Part shown: positions 36,950 through 51,268 of the stretch, one piece after another
Layout: every line of letters starts with the position of its first letter
Numbering within the stretch: the first letter of the stretch is position 1
NCBI RefSeq assembly: GCF_963676685.1
Contig: NC_092350.1
Location: 82,522,001-82,586,000, forward strand
Reading direction: 5' to 3'
Length of the DNA: 64,000 nucleotides
Origin: Mytilus edulis
Taxonomy: Eukaryota
Notes under the pieces: generated by a model
What the model was told of the DNA's origin: nothing
Databases searched by the model: none
What the model saw: only the letters and a program-made list of their open reading frames with translations
Translations under genes and position numbers: made by a program

Positions 36950-37260
36950 TTTTTTTAACTTATGTTCGTTCTGATATTGCACTGTTACACCACTGTAAAA
37001 GGTTACAGGAACAGTTTGGATCCTGCTGTCACAGTTACTTCTCCACATTCTGTATGTGTGTGACTGTCCTAAGTCAGGAGCCTGCAATTCAGATATTGTC
37101 GTTTGTTGCTGTATTATATATTTGTTTTTTTTGTTATTTTGTTTTACTCAAAGATACCGTTAGTTTTCATGCTTGAACTGTTTTACATTTTGTTATTTCG
37201 GGTTCTTTCATAGCTGACTCTGAGGTATTAACTGTGCCTATTTGAGAAGGCCGTTATTTA
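36950..37260 (+). mobile_element. Family B element with a decayed twister
   Basis: CCACATTCTGTATGTGTGTGACTGTCCTAAGTCAGGAGCCTG (P3, P4, L4). The upstream part is homologous to 63700-63797 and the downstream part to 41742-41860. Confidence 0.6.
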
Positions 37261-40200
37261 TGTATCTTGTCTTTTTTTTATATATGTAATAAAAAAAAAA
37301 CGAGACTAATAGAGACAAAATGTTCCGGAATTTGTGGGTTTACATCCTTTATTAGTGTACATTAATCAAGCATTCAATAATATTTTTTATACGGCAAGCA
37401 TAGATTGACATCACTAGCCGTCTACACTTGGTGGTTGACATTATCAATATATATTTTATTTCGTCAATGTCGAATGTTCTTGAAAAGCAATATTTACCCA
37501 ATTGGTAAGGTTGCATAAAGAGTCATTGAAGAGTATTCACCTGAAAAAATAAACTAGGTAAATGCTAAGACATTAAACTTGATATGTTTCCAATTCATTA
37601 TTACTTGTTATTTCCCGATCACTTTATACGGTTTGCTTGAAGGCAAAATCGTTCGATTAAATATTCTGACACAAGTCGAAAAAAATATTCAGAAAAGTGC
37701 TCATATTTCTGGTATTGTTTAGCTTTTTTATCAAGGAAATACTGAATGTTATACGACAAGAGTTACATACAGGCAGACAGACGAACAGACTAGAACATGT
37801 ATTACACTTTCATATAATATACAGGAAATAAATTATAACACAAAGTAATATCACAAAAATTCTGAACTCCAAGGAAAATTCCAAAAAGACAGTTTCTAAT
37901 GAAATAATAAAATCCAAAGCATAAACACATTAAACGAAAGGATAACAACAAAGTTTTTTTTCCCTACTGCAATGTAAAACGTTGTCATAATACAGATTTT
38001 TTAATAAAGGAATCGTCGCCCATAATTTATTTTAAAGTTTATAATATCACTTTCAAAAGACTAATTAATTCCTAGGAGGTATTTTGCACGTAGCCCATGT
38101 CATAAATTGAAACTTGAGATGCAAACAATCTTAAGGATGAAGATTTATAACTTTACATGGTATATGATTTGTTTAATATTACTCTTGAAATGAATACTGT
38201 CTGTGGATATGCACGATATTTTGGATTATTAAATAGGAATTGCTTGTCTCCTGAGGGACCAATATCGTGTGTAATTTGTTCACAGCCAAAAATATATAGT
38301 TTTCTTTAAGGGAACCAAATTAAATACCAATCTGTCGAATTTATACAATCTCTGGAATTAAAAGCATTCATATGCTAGAAATTGACACTGATACCTTACA
38401 GTGTGCGAAATAAAATCCGAAAACAACCATATGTTTCTTTATTTCACTTGTAGGTAAAGTCAAATATTAGTCTATCTCAATGACCAATGGCCTATCAACA
38501 TCACGTAAAAATGAAAATACTATGGTCAATAAGACATATTAAGTGATCAGTTACATTATGGACAGGATTGTGTGTGCATTTATAAAATAAAAACAGAAGA
38601 TGTATAATGTCCTAAAATATAGTACAAACTTCAATAAATTATGAGAAACACTGATCAAAACAAACTAGAGAACGCCAGAATTTCAGATAGGGTTAACATT
38701 AACATTTTCATAATTATACTTATTTAAACAATAAAACTATTTCTTCAAAGAGGTTTATTAACTTATGTTATAGTCTTATATTTTTACTTATTTATATATA
38801 TATTTTCACTAATGTATTTCTTTATATATTATATGCAGGGTTTTTAACTTCTCTGTAACATTTGTCTTGCAGGTTTTTATGCAAAATAAACTTGTTATCT
38901 ATCTAAATGATATGCCAAATAAACATACCACATCTTCTTTTTTATATACTAACTTGAATTTCTTGTATTCAAGCGTTACTAATGAATACTTTGAAGACGA
39001 ATCGAATCGGCATCAACGAGTTAGACATTATAACATTAGTTTTGACATGCCAGTAATCATTATAAAACAACCACTTAGACTGACCTACTACCAATGCCCT
39101 TGATCAATTTTGTTGTATTTGATCAAAACATGTTATCATACCATAAAACAATAGCGGATTCCATATAATACACCTTATGGAAACTCTGCATACGATGTAA
39201 GTTTACATTTTGATCTGAGGATCATTGGCAGCAATAATCCGTTCAAATCATTGCTTGAGAATAATAGTCGCGTGAATTTGCAAAATATTTCGAAGAGTAC
39301 AGTCGTTGTAATGTATGTTAAGAAAACGACTCGAAAGATAAATGTTATATTTATTTATTTAATCTATTTCGTTGTTTCTTCCACCGTTTTAATACGGATT
39401 AATATTGACAGAACATATTCTAGTCTAGTTTTTCCTGTACTCAATTTTCAATAATCCTTTTGGAACAATCAGCATTTTAACATCTCGTATTTCGTTGAAA
39501 TATTTTCATATCATTTTCACTTTGGACATGTTTGATTATATGTACACATTTGAAAAGTACACATTTTCATTAAATATTCCTTTGCTATGTCTTTAACATC
39601 TTTATGATAATACAAATAGCACATTCAAGATACGTGGGCTTTGATTACATTGTAAATGTAATAAAACAATCATCAGACTGAACAATGTGGCGCCTAACTT
39701 AGTAATTGTGTATAAAATTTGTTCTTTTTTAGATATTACAATCTGTGCTTACCCTAAATATACTTGCACATGGACTGAATGTTTACGATGTTTGGAAAGA
39801 TTATTGTCTGTCTGAAATTGTTTATAATAGTTAATACGTCAGAATAAAAAAATCCATTATGAATTATGGTGTACGATGAAACGGCAGTCATATTAAATGA
39901 ACGCATCAGAAGTAATGTCCTTCCGGTTACAGACAATAAGGAAATATATATGTTTGTCTTATTATAAAGGAGTTTTAAATGGACATGTAGGGAATTGCAT
40001 CTCTGAATGGCTAAAAGTGTAAAGAAGAATTATCTCTGCGTGGTAAATCTGGATAGGAATTATCATTACAAATGCGATAAAGTTTGCTGCTATCAGTGAA
40101 CTAAAAAGGAATTTGAAACAACATTAAATAATGTAATTTTTTCAATCTTGTTTAAGGGGACACAGAAAAAAAGATAACATATCTATAGATATCGATTTTC

Positions 40201-41495
40201 AAGGTTGATTTATCGCTGATAGGAGATTTTGTTTTTAACGCTGTCATCCACAGACAATTGTGTCTGGCCTTGTATAACCCAAAAACAAAGCTGACAGCAC
40301 TTTATGAACTATGGAATAGACTTCAACACGAATCTGCCAAGGATATATGGTTTTGTTGTTGATAAAAATATATTGTTTTTAGTAGATTATAAGATTGATA
40401 AAAACCTTGACTTACATATATTTGACTTATATATACATGATATATTTGAAAGAGAAAACAATATTTCTACTTTATATTCCTAACGTAAAAGCGAACCACA
40501 AACCTAAATGAGGGGAGCAAAAGTATAATCCTAGAAGTTAAATTCAGGGAGTCCCGCATGTAGATTGTAGATTCTCTATCTTTAGTTGATGCTCCGTTTA
40601 TCTCATGTGTACGACATTTATTCTGAAACTTACCTGTAATAATGTCAGTTAATCAACACCATATATTTATTTAATTGAAATAACTGTCGTCTCAAAGATA
40701 AAGTACAACATTATTCGCAGAAAATTTGATGATGGACATTTTCAAAATTTTATAAACTGAATGGAAATATATTTCATAAATTAATCATCCATTTTAATAG
40801 TTGTCTTGCCTCTACTTAACTTTGGAGACTCAATGGTAGGATTACCATTATTGAATATCAATAAAAACCACCACCGATTTTAAACGTCTCGATTTATCAT
40901 TGCATTTCAAAATTAGTTTCCAAACCCTATAAATTATTCACTTCATAAATGTTTGATGTTTTCTAATTCAAAGTGTATGCGAACACCAACATATGTATAG
41001 ACATTTTATTAATTGGCCGTTAATGATTGTGCAGTTTGTAAAACAGTTACGTTACAGAATTTATCCTCTGTTATGATGGTGGTAAAAAGCATTACCGTTG
41101 TAAAAGAATGAACACCTCACTAACTAATATAGCAGAGTGTGGAAAAGGATCGTGAAAGATAATCAAATTAGCTTATTGACTGTAAAACGTTCATACTTGT
41201 AACTATATTAACATGTTTAATTCAAACCATTTGGTCTTCCGAATTAAGTTCCATCGATCATTGCAACAACCTTATATTTTTTATTCATTTTTAACACTAA
41301 TAATTTTTGTTTTGGATCTTTCATTTTATTTATTTATACATTTTCTACAGATCGGTTTTGAAATTGAAATGCCGATCTTGATATCAAAGGTTGATATTTT
41401 GTATACAAAAATATGAAGTCGAAGAAAAACAGAAGACCCAAACGTAAGATACTATCTGAGATAGAGAGTGATTCATGAATATATATATATACATA

Positions 41496-42150
41496 CTAGA
41501 ACACACCCGCGAATTCGCGGGCATTCAGAGCGTTGTTTAAAGTATCAGTATGTAAAGTGTTGTTGGAAGAATTTTGTTAAATACAGAATGACTGGAGAAT
41601 TTCAGCAAAAGTATCATAAGTCATAGGTTATTGGGGACAGGAAAATGTTTTTTTTTACCCTCCATCTTTATTTCCAAAGTTCTGGTTTTCTATCAATTTC
41701 AATATGAACATACATTTAGTATGTTATGAACATTTATTTAAGTTAGGAGCCTGTAATTCAGTGGTTGTCGTTTGTTTATGTGTTACATATTTGTTTTTCG
41801 TTCCTTTTTGGTATGGGCTTTGCTCTTTGTTGAAGACCGTACGGTAACCTATAATTGTTAATTTCTTTGTCATTTTGGTCTCTTGTGGAGAGTTGTCTCA
41901 ACATGGCAATCATACCACATCTTCTTTTTTTTTTTTTGTAATCAATGAATTTTGTAAAATATTTAATGACTGGAGAATTTCAGAAAAAGTATCAAAAGTT
42001 CACATGAATAATTTTAGCGCTTATCTGTATATTATGAACATTCATTACTATATAAATAAAGCGTATTTACATTCAATTCTAAGTTTACTAATCGATCCAT
42101 GGTGATCATTGATATATAATACAGACCCTCTCTATTTAATAAATAGTAAA
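41496..42150 (-). mobile_element. Non-autonomous Helitron-like element with a nested family B tail (41742-41937)
   Basis: A perfect 16-bp palindrome CCCGCGAATTCGCGGG (41506-41521) lies a few nt from a terminal CTAG (41496-41499), the canonical Helitron 3' signature. An internal repeat AATGACTGGAGAATTTCAG occurs at ~41588 and ~41965. The 5' boundary is approximate. Confidence 0.6.
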
Positions 42151-42809
42151 CTTGAAAATGATAGCAGATAACATTCTGAAAATACACTTTATTCGTAGTA
42201 TATGTATGTTCAAAGCTGTTCAGTGACTAACCGTATGTGTGTATACCATATTAAGTCTTCAATTAGTTCACACTACACAAATAATCAAATATGTGTGCAA
42301 ATATAAACAGTTATGCTATACAATTATGTATCAGCTTTTATAATGTACAGTAACGTCGAAGTTGGTACAAACTGAAAATGCAAGTATTGAATACCAGCAA
42401 ATCATCCAGTAGGAGCATTTCATATGTAAACATATACTAAACCTTTTCCTATTATGCCAGTCGCATACAATGTCATTATATTGGTAGTATTTTGTTAACA
42501 AACCAAACGTACATAATAGGTACATCAGTCAACATTGTGTTACATGTATAATCTTAATCAGTAAAATGATATTATATGAATTAGAATATATATAACCCTA
42601 GTCACTATAATCATGATAATAATATTATGTTACTTGAAATATAATTATTAGTGTATTATAAGTGTTCAACACGTTCACTGTAACAGTTTATATGTTCTTC
42701 TATGTCAGTAACGTATTTTATTGACTTTCATGTCATACAATTGTAAATTTTCCTTTTCTCTATACCTGTTCACAACATTTTTTTGGGGTTTTGATTTTTT
42801 TCGTTTAAA

Positions 42810-42830
42810 ATGGCGGAATTGCCAGATCGG
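42810..42830 (+). CDS. Possible first coding micro-exon (MAELPDR) of an unidentified gene
   Basis: AAAATGGCG start context followed after 7 codons by a consensus donor CGG|GTAAGT. No downstream exon could be linked. Confidence 0.25.
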
Positions 42831-43081
42831 GTAAGTTCTACATAATAATAGAGTTTGTGACAATGATGGTTTAATCACATTATAAATATACCTCAGTAGT
42901 ACATGATTTCGTCAAAATGTAATTACTAGCACGATATTGAGGTGTAATGATACTGCATCAATGAGATTGACTTTCCACGCAGATCATTATGATATTAATT
43001 TCACATTTATTATCTCTAAAAAGAACGCTTGAAGCTGCCTTCATAAAACACTGTTCTTAATACACTACTTAACAGATTACG

Positions 43082-43560
43082 TTTTTATGCCCCACCTACG
43101 ATAATAAAGGGACATTATGTTTTCTGGTATGTGCCTCCTTTAGTCCGTCCGTTCGTCCGTCCGTTCGTTCGTCCCGCTTCAGGTTAACATTTTTGGTCAA
43201 TGTAGTTTTTGATGAATTTGAAGTCCAATCACCTTGAAACTGCCTACACATGTTCCCCATGATATGATCTTTATAATTGGAATGCCAAAATTAAGTTTTG
43301 ACACCAATTTTAGGGTCCACTGAACAAAGAAAAAGATAGTGCAAAGCTCAGGTTAAAGTTTTGGTTAAAGTTTTTGGTCAAGGTAGTTTTTGATGAAGTT
43401 GAAGTCAAATCAACTAAGAACTTAGTATACATGCTACCTCTGATATGATCTTTCTAATTTTAATGCCAAATTCAAGTATTGACTCCAATTTCACGATCCA
43501 CTGAACATATGCAATGATAGTGTGAGTGGGGTATCCGTGTACTATGGACACATCCTTGTT
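43082..43560 (+). mobile_element. Helentron-associated interspersed element (HINE, DINE-1/Pearl-like)
   Basis: 5' subTIR ATGCCCC with nearby inverted copy GGGACAT, a (GTCC/GTTC)n microsatellite at ~43143-43174, two ~170-180-bp tandem units (~43180-43348 and ~43349-43520), 3' subTIR GGGGTAT, a short GTGT..ACAC hairpin and T-rich ends. Confidence 0.85.
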
Positions 43561-46500
43561 TTAATCTAAAATAGATTAGATTTGAAAAAAATAGTCGATT
43601 TTAAAATGATGTTGATATTATAGATGTTATGCGATTTTACGTGTCAACTTATTTTTTCATCCATTCTATTTAACCTCCACCATATAATTAAGTCTCGTAA
43701 AATATTCCAATGATGTAAAATTACGGTACATTCTCGCTAAAAGGTATCATAAGTTAACGACTTAACTTATTTCTGCTGCATAAACATTAGTACATTGCTA
43801 AAAATTGGTTTCGGAAGATCAAGGTCACTTAATTGCTATTAATTGTTATTTACCATTCAAATTTAAATGCCTCCATGTAATTATATTTCAGTCTATAACT
43901 CATTTGCAAATGCACTCAATTTAAAATCACGTAAGATTAAAAGACAGAAGATACCAAAGGGAAATCAATCTGACAATTCAAATAAGAAACCCCGTAGGAA
44001 AAGCGAAAATCAAATAAAATACAAACGTTAGACTTTAAAAAAAACTAGAAGGATATAACAAGCAAAATATACAACATGAGAAAATCAAGAGTGATGCTAA
44101 AACCACAATATAGTGGTCCAAACATTGCTTAAACCAGCCAGTTATACAGATATCTGGCTCGATATTAAAATTGTTTGACTGTGAATTATAGGATCATTTC
44201 ATGAGGGTTCTTATTCATTGTTATTGGCAATAAATCTGTGGTCATGGAGGTATTTTTCAAACAAATGAATTGTTCCTACACATATATCAGATGAACGTAA
44301 TCTACACATTCAAATGCTTATTATTTTCCAAAAATATAAAAACAAGCCATACTACATATTTATTTTAGAAAATGCTTTTAATATTTCAGAAAGAAATTAT
44401 TGTTGGTTTTTTTTTCTACACTTCAGATTTGACTTTATATATTAAATGGTACAAACTGTAACATAATTTAGTACTATTTTTATGGAATTTCTTGGAATAA
44501 ATACTCCATTAATCATGTGTTAGAATGGCAATGCTGGAGGAAATAATATGCAGCTTGCTCTTCATGTTGTTGAAGGTAGTGGTTGTCATATCACTTTCAT
44601 AACTAGAAACAATAGTCATGAAAGTGATTTAGTAACATTAACTTTCAATTCAGGTTTAACAAACTGTTTTGGGCAAATGCCTGGACATCATTAGAAATAT
44701 AGTATTTTTTTTGCATTTTTTTCGGTTCATTCACAGCGTGAGATTTTGTCAGTTTTACAATGTTTTTCTTCTTGGAATTCCTCTTGCAATTTGGTATTTT
44801 GTTATACTTTTCACTCAAGAAGTCATCAGGTAATTATAACATACATGCAGACGCAATGTTGCCTTACATCACTATGTATACTAACTAGTTCAACCCGACC
44901 TCATACGTACATGCACGATGTCGGGCTATATATTCCTCCCAATTTTCCGAATTATGTTACGCAAGAAAATAATCATTACTTTGAATTCAAAACCTAACAA
45001 AATCTATAATGAATAACGGATAATGATTTCGATGTATTGTATCTGTTTATCTCGATGGAAATACTAATTAATATTTGTTTTCTAAAAAAAAATAACCCAA
45101 TCAATTGTGTAAAAAACTCATCATAGATACCAGGATTGAAATCATTTTGTTTTTATAGTAATGCAACTTTTTTAGCAGTGCACACTTACTTTGTACTGAT
45201 TAAGATTGTAATATGCCAGTCTCGTTTATTAATTATCCATGTTGTACATGTTATATTTTATTTCAGTTAATGTCATGTCTACCAAGACTTATTTGTTGAC
45301 TTTGTGGTATAACTTAGGTTAATAGAATGATATCAAATTTACAAACGAATAATTAAATAATCAAAGGTACGAATTCTGAAAAGATTTGGATTATGTTGAA
45401 AAGCTGTATGTTACATGTCTCAATATCGATGTGTATAAATTAGGTAAATTACATATAAACGATATCATTGCTAATGCAGTTAGGCACACTTTGAAACCGA
45501 ATGTCTCTTCAGCATGTTCAGTGATGATAGAAGACCCAACATTTGAATATCCAAAACGGATACAAATTTATGGGACCAAAAGACTTGAAAAATCCACAAC
45601 TAAAAAGATTACATTTCTCATTTCAAAATGTTAAGTTCGGGTTAATTGTTGTCACATTAGCACGCATACACCATAACATTATTGTACTATTTAAGAATAT
45701 CAAGTATAGTATCAGCCATCTGAAAAAGAATTTCATTATCAGCATGCTGACTCATGATGTTATATTTGTTATTCTCGCTTGGTCTGTTTCTGTGTGTGTT
45801 ACATTGAAATGCTGTGTCGTTTTCTCCTCTTATATTTAATGCGTTTCCCTCGGTTTAAGTTTGTTACCCCGATTTGGTTTTTTTGTCCATGGATTTGTGA
45901 GTTTTGAACAGCGGTATGCTACTGTTGCCTTTATTCATGCATAAACATGATAAATATATTCTTTTAAAAGAGAAATACATTGCAAGATGTTGCATTGTAA
46001 TTATTTAAATAAGCAGTCAAGCTTAAAAAAAATGCCTGTACCATGTCAGAAATATGATGTTACCGCACGTTCCTTTGGTCAATATCATTCGATTTGTGTC
46101 GTATTTATTCCCTTCTGAAATTACCAGTGAGTTCCGTAGTTTGTTTTTACTTTTCTATTTCAGCCAACCAAATAAAGGAAATGCGTGACGATGTAATCAT
46201 GTTATATAACAAGTAATTTGACGACAGTGCTTAACAATGTTAGTTATACTCAACTTGAAGACAAAATGACGCATGATAAACAATATTCTAAATCTTCTAA
46301 TTAAATAGATGAAGATTATAGTCACATTATCACGTATGGTTAACTGAGAAAATTGTTAATTATAAGACTTATCCTTGAACCCGACAAATATGTTTCAAAA
46401 ACACGAGAAGCCTGCACTAATTAAGATAAACGATATCATCTGAAAGTTATCCTCATTCCAATATATAAACGATGAGATAGGTTACTCAAGGGGTAACTAA

Positions 46501-48461
46501 GAACCATATATCAAGGAAAAGACAAACAAACAAACAATACCTTGTAAGAAACGATGGGACGATTAAAAAAAAATCTTAGTAAAATATAGTACATAATATT
46601 TTCCCTGTTATGTCAATGACATTATTTTCCAGCTGTTTCATTCATGAATATATATAACTAAAACAAAGAATATGGTAAAAACATTTACAAAGCTTGAAAC
46701 TCAATAGACTTAAAACATCCAATTTCTAAACAATAATCTGAGGCACAATATCTGCAATTGATTAATAATGTGTCCATTGGCAAATATGTCTTGCAAACAA
46801 CAAAACTAATTTATATGTTTTATAAATAGTCAGATGAATCAATGCAAACCTTTGTGTTCTGCAATGTTCAACGATATTGACGCTCGTCTTAGCGGGAAAA
46901 TGATTTTTAGATCCAAACTCCAATTGGACTTTGTGGACGAGGCTGCTATGATGTCAAATGTCCTACCAAGTATTTATTGCAGTATACAAGAATTTCAAGG
47001 GATGACCATAATTCTAGTAATTCGATAAAACCAATATATTTTGAAAAAAAAAATTCCTGTACCTAGTCAATAGTATCAAAGTTGCAATGGTTTCGTTTGA
47101 TGTGATTGAGCTTTTTTAGAATCATTCCATTTTAAATTTTGTCGGAGTGCGTTTTTTTTACTTTTTCTCAACCTTCGAGTGTCCAATAATACAGATTTTA
47201 CTAGATTTAACAATTTTTCACAGTCATCTGGTTATTTTTCCCCTGACATATGAAATCTAATCCTTCTGAAACACTAATTAACTTTCTGACGCACTTATCT
47301 TTCATACCGACGCTTCTTGGTCAAAGATTAATATCTTTGGACAATTAAATTCTCATTTTCCTCCAAAATCTTGAAGATAGACTGATATAAATAGATAGAT
47401 ACTTGTGAATTGATTAAGACTTGAAGTTATTTATAATTTGTAACCCAAACCAAGTACACATGTTCCTTAAATAAGTTTCAATACTAATTTTATTAAAAAT
47501 GTATCAAATAACTTATTCGAGTAATATTTTTGTCATCATTTTTAAAGTAACCCTTCATCTCTATAAACCTCTCAAATATAATAAATTCTTAACCTTATGA
47601 CATGAAATTATGTAAAAACTCATCAAAACTACATTAAGTCTATGTTTTATTGAAATTTAAAATAGCTTAATTAAGTATTTTTTTTTTATTTTCAAAAACA
47701 AAAATTACTTATATAAGTAACTTAAAAAAATTACTTGTTTAAGTAATGCCCCTAATTTATTATGTATATATGGCTGACACAGATATCACATTTGTAATTT
47801 TTCGTTTAGTTTAAAATATGACCGTTTTTAAATGTATGATCGAGATAATGACATGAAATTCACAGATCAACAACTCTTAATAGCTTGTCCTTCAAAAATA
47901 AAAAAAAATAAAATTTTTTTGATTTCAAGGAAAATTTTATACAAAGCACTATTTATTAGTAATACTTCAAACTTACGAAAGATAAAAAAGACAGTTTCCG
48001 TTTGAAAATATACAGTGTTTTATTAAATTAAAGTTTAAATTAAGCAACATTTGGTGGATGTGGTATCTTACAAAAACTGTTATAATTGCATTTGCATATT
48101 TATTCTAGAAAATAACGTTAATCGATGGCATGTCTTAAAAAAACTTACGAACGATTTAAACATAATGCTGACTAAGATGCATTTCTAAAGTAGATAACAA
48201 GTAAATAAAAATAAATAAAAATATTAATGTATTCCATACATGCGTGTATGAAATAAATCAGACAGAACACTAGGAATGCAATCAAGCAACGTGCAATTAT
48301 ATTTCATGTGGGAAAGATACAAAAAAAAAATTAGGTTTAACTGCGATGCGACATCATTATGAAAACCACATCAATTCTAATTATAAATGTAATAAGCAAT
48401 ATTATCATTATTGATATAATTATTACAAATATTTCTATTCTCATTATGATAACATTCATGT

Positions 48462-48499
48462 TACTACTACTACTAGTAGTAGTAGTAGTAGTAGTAGTA
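48462..48499. repeat. Self-complementary trinucleotide microsatellite (TAC)4(TAG)8
   Basis: Read directly: TACTACTACTAC followed by TAG repeats. Confidence 0.9.
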
Positions 48500-48992
48500 T
48501 TTTATTTTTTCATTTTGGAACATTGGAATATACCATTCTGCAGTACCAGATTGACTCTCAAAAACAAAAAGCAATTCAATTAATCATTACTAGGGGGAGA
48601 GGAATTCAAAAGGAAATAAGGTATGTTTGGCATGTGCATATTACTATTATATTTGCTTTTCAATCATACTGACCAATGAAGGCTTACTACAATTTTTTTA
48701 ATCACTTCATACATTTTTTTTAAAAGTAAATCCGTAAATTGTTTTCTGAAATGATATAAACCATTTGCTGACAATTTGCGAATAATGTAAAAATTATATT
48801 AATATTGGCAAACTTACACAAATATCAAAATGACTGAAAAAATCAAATATTAATATCCCTTTTTTTTTGTTTAATAAAGTACGCTTCTGTTAAAGTTTTG
48901 ATATTTAGATATAAGCAATAATTAATTGTCATTTCAGACTGAATATATAGATAGGTAATGTGATAGGGTGCCTCACTTTGGACAAAATAAAC

Positions 48993-50862
48993 TAAAGAAC
49001 TTGAATTGTTTAACTGTTGGTTGCAGTTGTGTAATCGATTGTCGGTTTACCACTGGACATTGTTTTGAAAGGCGCCATTTGTTTTCGTGACGTACCCATC
49101 AGTGATTCAATGTCAAACAAAAGAATGACATATTTATGCAAGTTGAACAAACATGCATATTTAAGTATTCTATTAGCTGGCAAATTTTCCAGTTCACATA
49201 CTTAATTGGCCATTTATCAATTAATATATGATGTATTCCTTCCTTATAAAGTCATGTTGCCTTGAGTTCATTGTTTTTTTTTTGTTTGACAACGTTTTAT
49301 GCTTACAGAGCATTACATAATGGATTAATAACCTAAAGCGGTAGACGCTCCACAAACCTAATGTGTTAAATTCGAATTTCAATTAGTCATGTAAAGGTCA
49401 AAAACGAAGTTTTCTAGAATGAAATATGATATGTGGTTTATTAGCTGTACCTAACATTATAAGAACGATACTACTTAAACGTAAAAATCGTCGAACTACA
49501 GTGTTGTGGGCAACAATTAGACAAGTAATCATTATATATAAAAAAAGTGCCAAAACATAGTCAACGTTTCCAATACAAAAAACAGTTTACAGTGGACATT
49601 AATGAATTTGCCTTTTTTATATCTTTATCTATACGTAATTATTACACATCCAATCACTTAAAAAGTAAAATAAATCGAGGAAAGATCTAAACGGATAGTC
49701 CCTCATAAAATTGCAAAATCAAAAGCACAAACACATGAAACGAAAGGATAACAACTGTCATATATCTTGGTACAGATATTTTCTTATATAGATTATACAT
49801 GTGGATTAACACACTGGTCCAATTGTGGCAGTATCGTGTTTTCTGCCGTTGGAATCTAATGATAATCCTTTCTTTGATGTTATTAACAAGACGTATACAC
49901 ATGTGATCATTTTTTACATTCACTATGTGTTACATGCAGCCAAAAGAATACAATACTTTTATTAATATCTCTTGTATGTATATTCCCATTAATATTACAA
50001 TGTTGACTCCTGTATCCAATTTTTTACAGTTTTACCTATTATGATTTGTTCACACATTGTTCTCAGTATAATACAATTTAATGCGACTGTCATACTGAGA
50101 GCTTTAGCTAACTTTAAAAACAGGTTTAATCTACCATTTTCTACATAGGAAAACACTTTTCCTTAGTAAGGAATATGACAACTGTTATTCATTCGTTTGA
50201 TGATGTTGAGCTTTTGATTTTTGACATTTGATTAGGGAGCTTCCTTTTTCAATTTCCCTCGGAGTTCAGCATTTTTGAGATTTTACTTTTGATTTAGTTC
50301 CCTGTTGTTAAAATTGCTATCCTGATGTAATATTTTGTATGGTCAGACGTTAGTGTTGATACTACGTCGGTTCATACGATATGTATGCAACTATTTGCAA
50401 CCACAAATGTTTAGTAAAGTCTTGTTTCACATAAGCTGCTTACTTATCAGCTTTGTGAGATATTAGATTTTGTTACATATTAAGTCGGCATACACCTTCT
50501 TTTTTATTATTACAATTATTTGTTCATTGACAACTCGTTTTAGTTTTGAAAAAAAGGCGTTATAAATACTCTGATAAAGCTGAATTGTTGAACTGTCTGT
50601 TGCAGTTATCTCAATAATTGTTAGTTAAATGACATTTACCACTAAATTAAAATTCTGAATGTCGTCATTTGTTTTCGTGCTGTGTCCATGAGTGTTATAA
50701 TGACAAACACAATACTGACAGACTAATGCAAGTTAAACAACATGCTTATTTAACTATTATATAAGCTGTCACATTTTCAATTTTTCAATTTGACATACAA
50801 AATTGTCAATTTGTTAAATAGAGTATTGTAATTTGATTTTTTAAAGTCTTTTAACCTTGAGT
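48993..50862 (+). repeat. Diverged ~280-bp direct repeat pair (48993-49270 and 50575-50862)
   Basis: Shared collinear words TGAATTGTT.AACTGT, GTTGCAGTT, TTTACCACT, CATTTGTTTTCGTG, ATGCAAGTT.AAC and CCTTGAGT. Confidence 0.7.
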
Positions 50863-50898
50863 GTACTGACATTTATACATGACATAGAGTATTGCGTT

Positions 50899-51268
50899 AA
50901 TAGTTATCAAAGGTACCAGGATTATAATTTAGTACGCCAGACGCGCGTTTCGTCTTCATAAGACTCATCAGTGACGCTCATATCAAAATATTTATCAAGC
51001 CAAACAAGTACAAAATTGTAGAGCATTGAGTATTCAAAATACCAAAAAGATGTGCCAAATACGGCTAAGGTAATCTATGCCTGGGATAAGAAAATCCTTA
51101 ATTTTTCGTAAAATGCAAAGTTTTGTAACAGGAAATTTTAAAATGACCACATTATTGATATTCATGTCAATATCGAAGTGTTGACTACTGGGCTGGTGAT
51201 ACCCTCGGGGACGAAACGTCCACCAGCAGTGGCATCGACCCAGTGGTGTAATAGTTATCAAAGGTACC
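50899..51268 (-). mobile_element. Hammerhead retrozyme, one 351-nt monomer plus a short terminal redundancy
   Basis: AATAGTTATCAAAGGTACC at 50899 and 51250. Collinear with 21516-21890. Confidence 0.9.
50934..50977 (-). ncRNA. Type I minimal hammerhead ribozyme
   Basis: Minus strand: GCGUCA-CUGAUGA-GUCU UAUGA AGAC-GAAA-CGCGCG-UC/UGGCGU. Confidence 0.9.

Noticed and set aside
46834-47070. Coding exon in a locally GC-richer patch
   Set aside because: No frame gives a recognisable product, and splice signals do not connect to the 42810 micro-exon.
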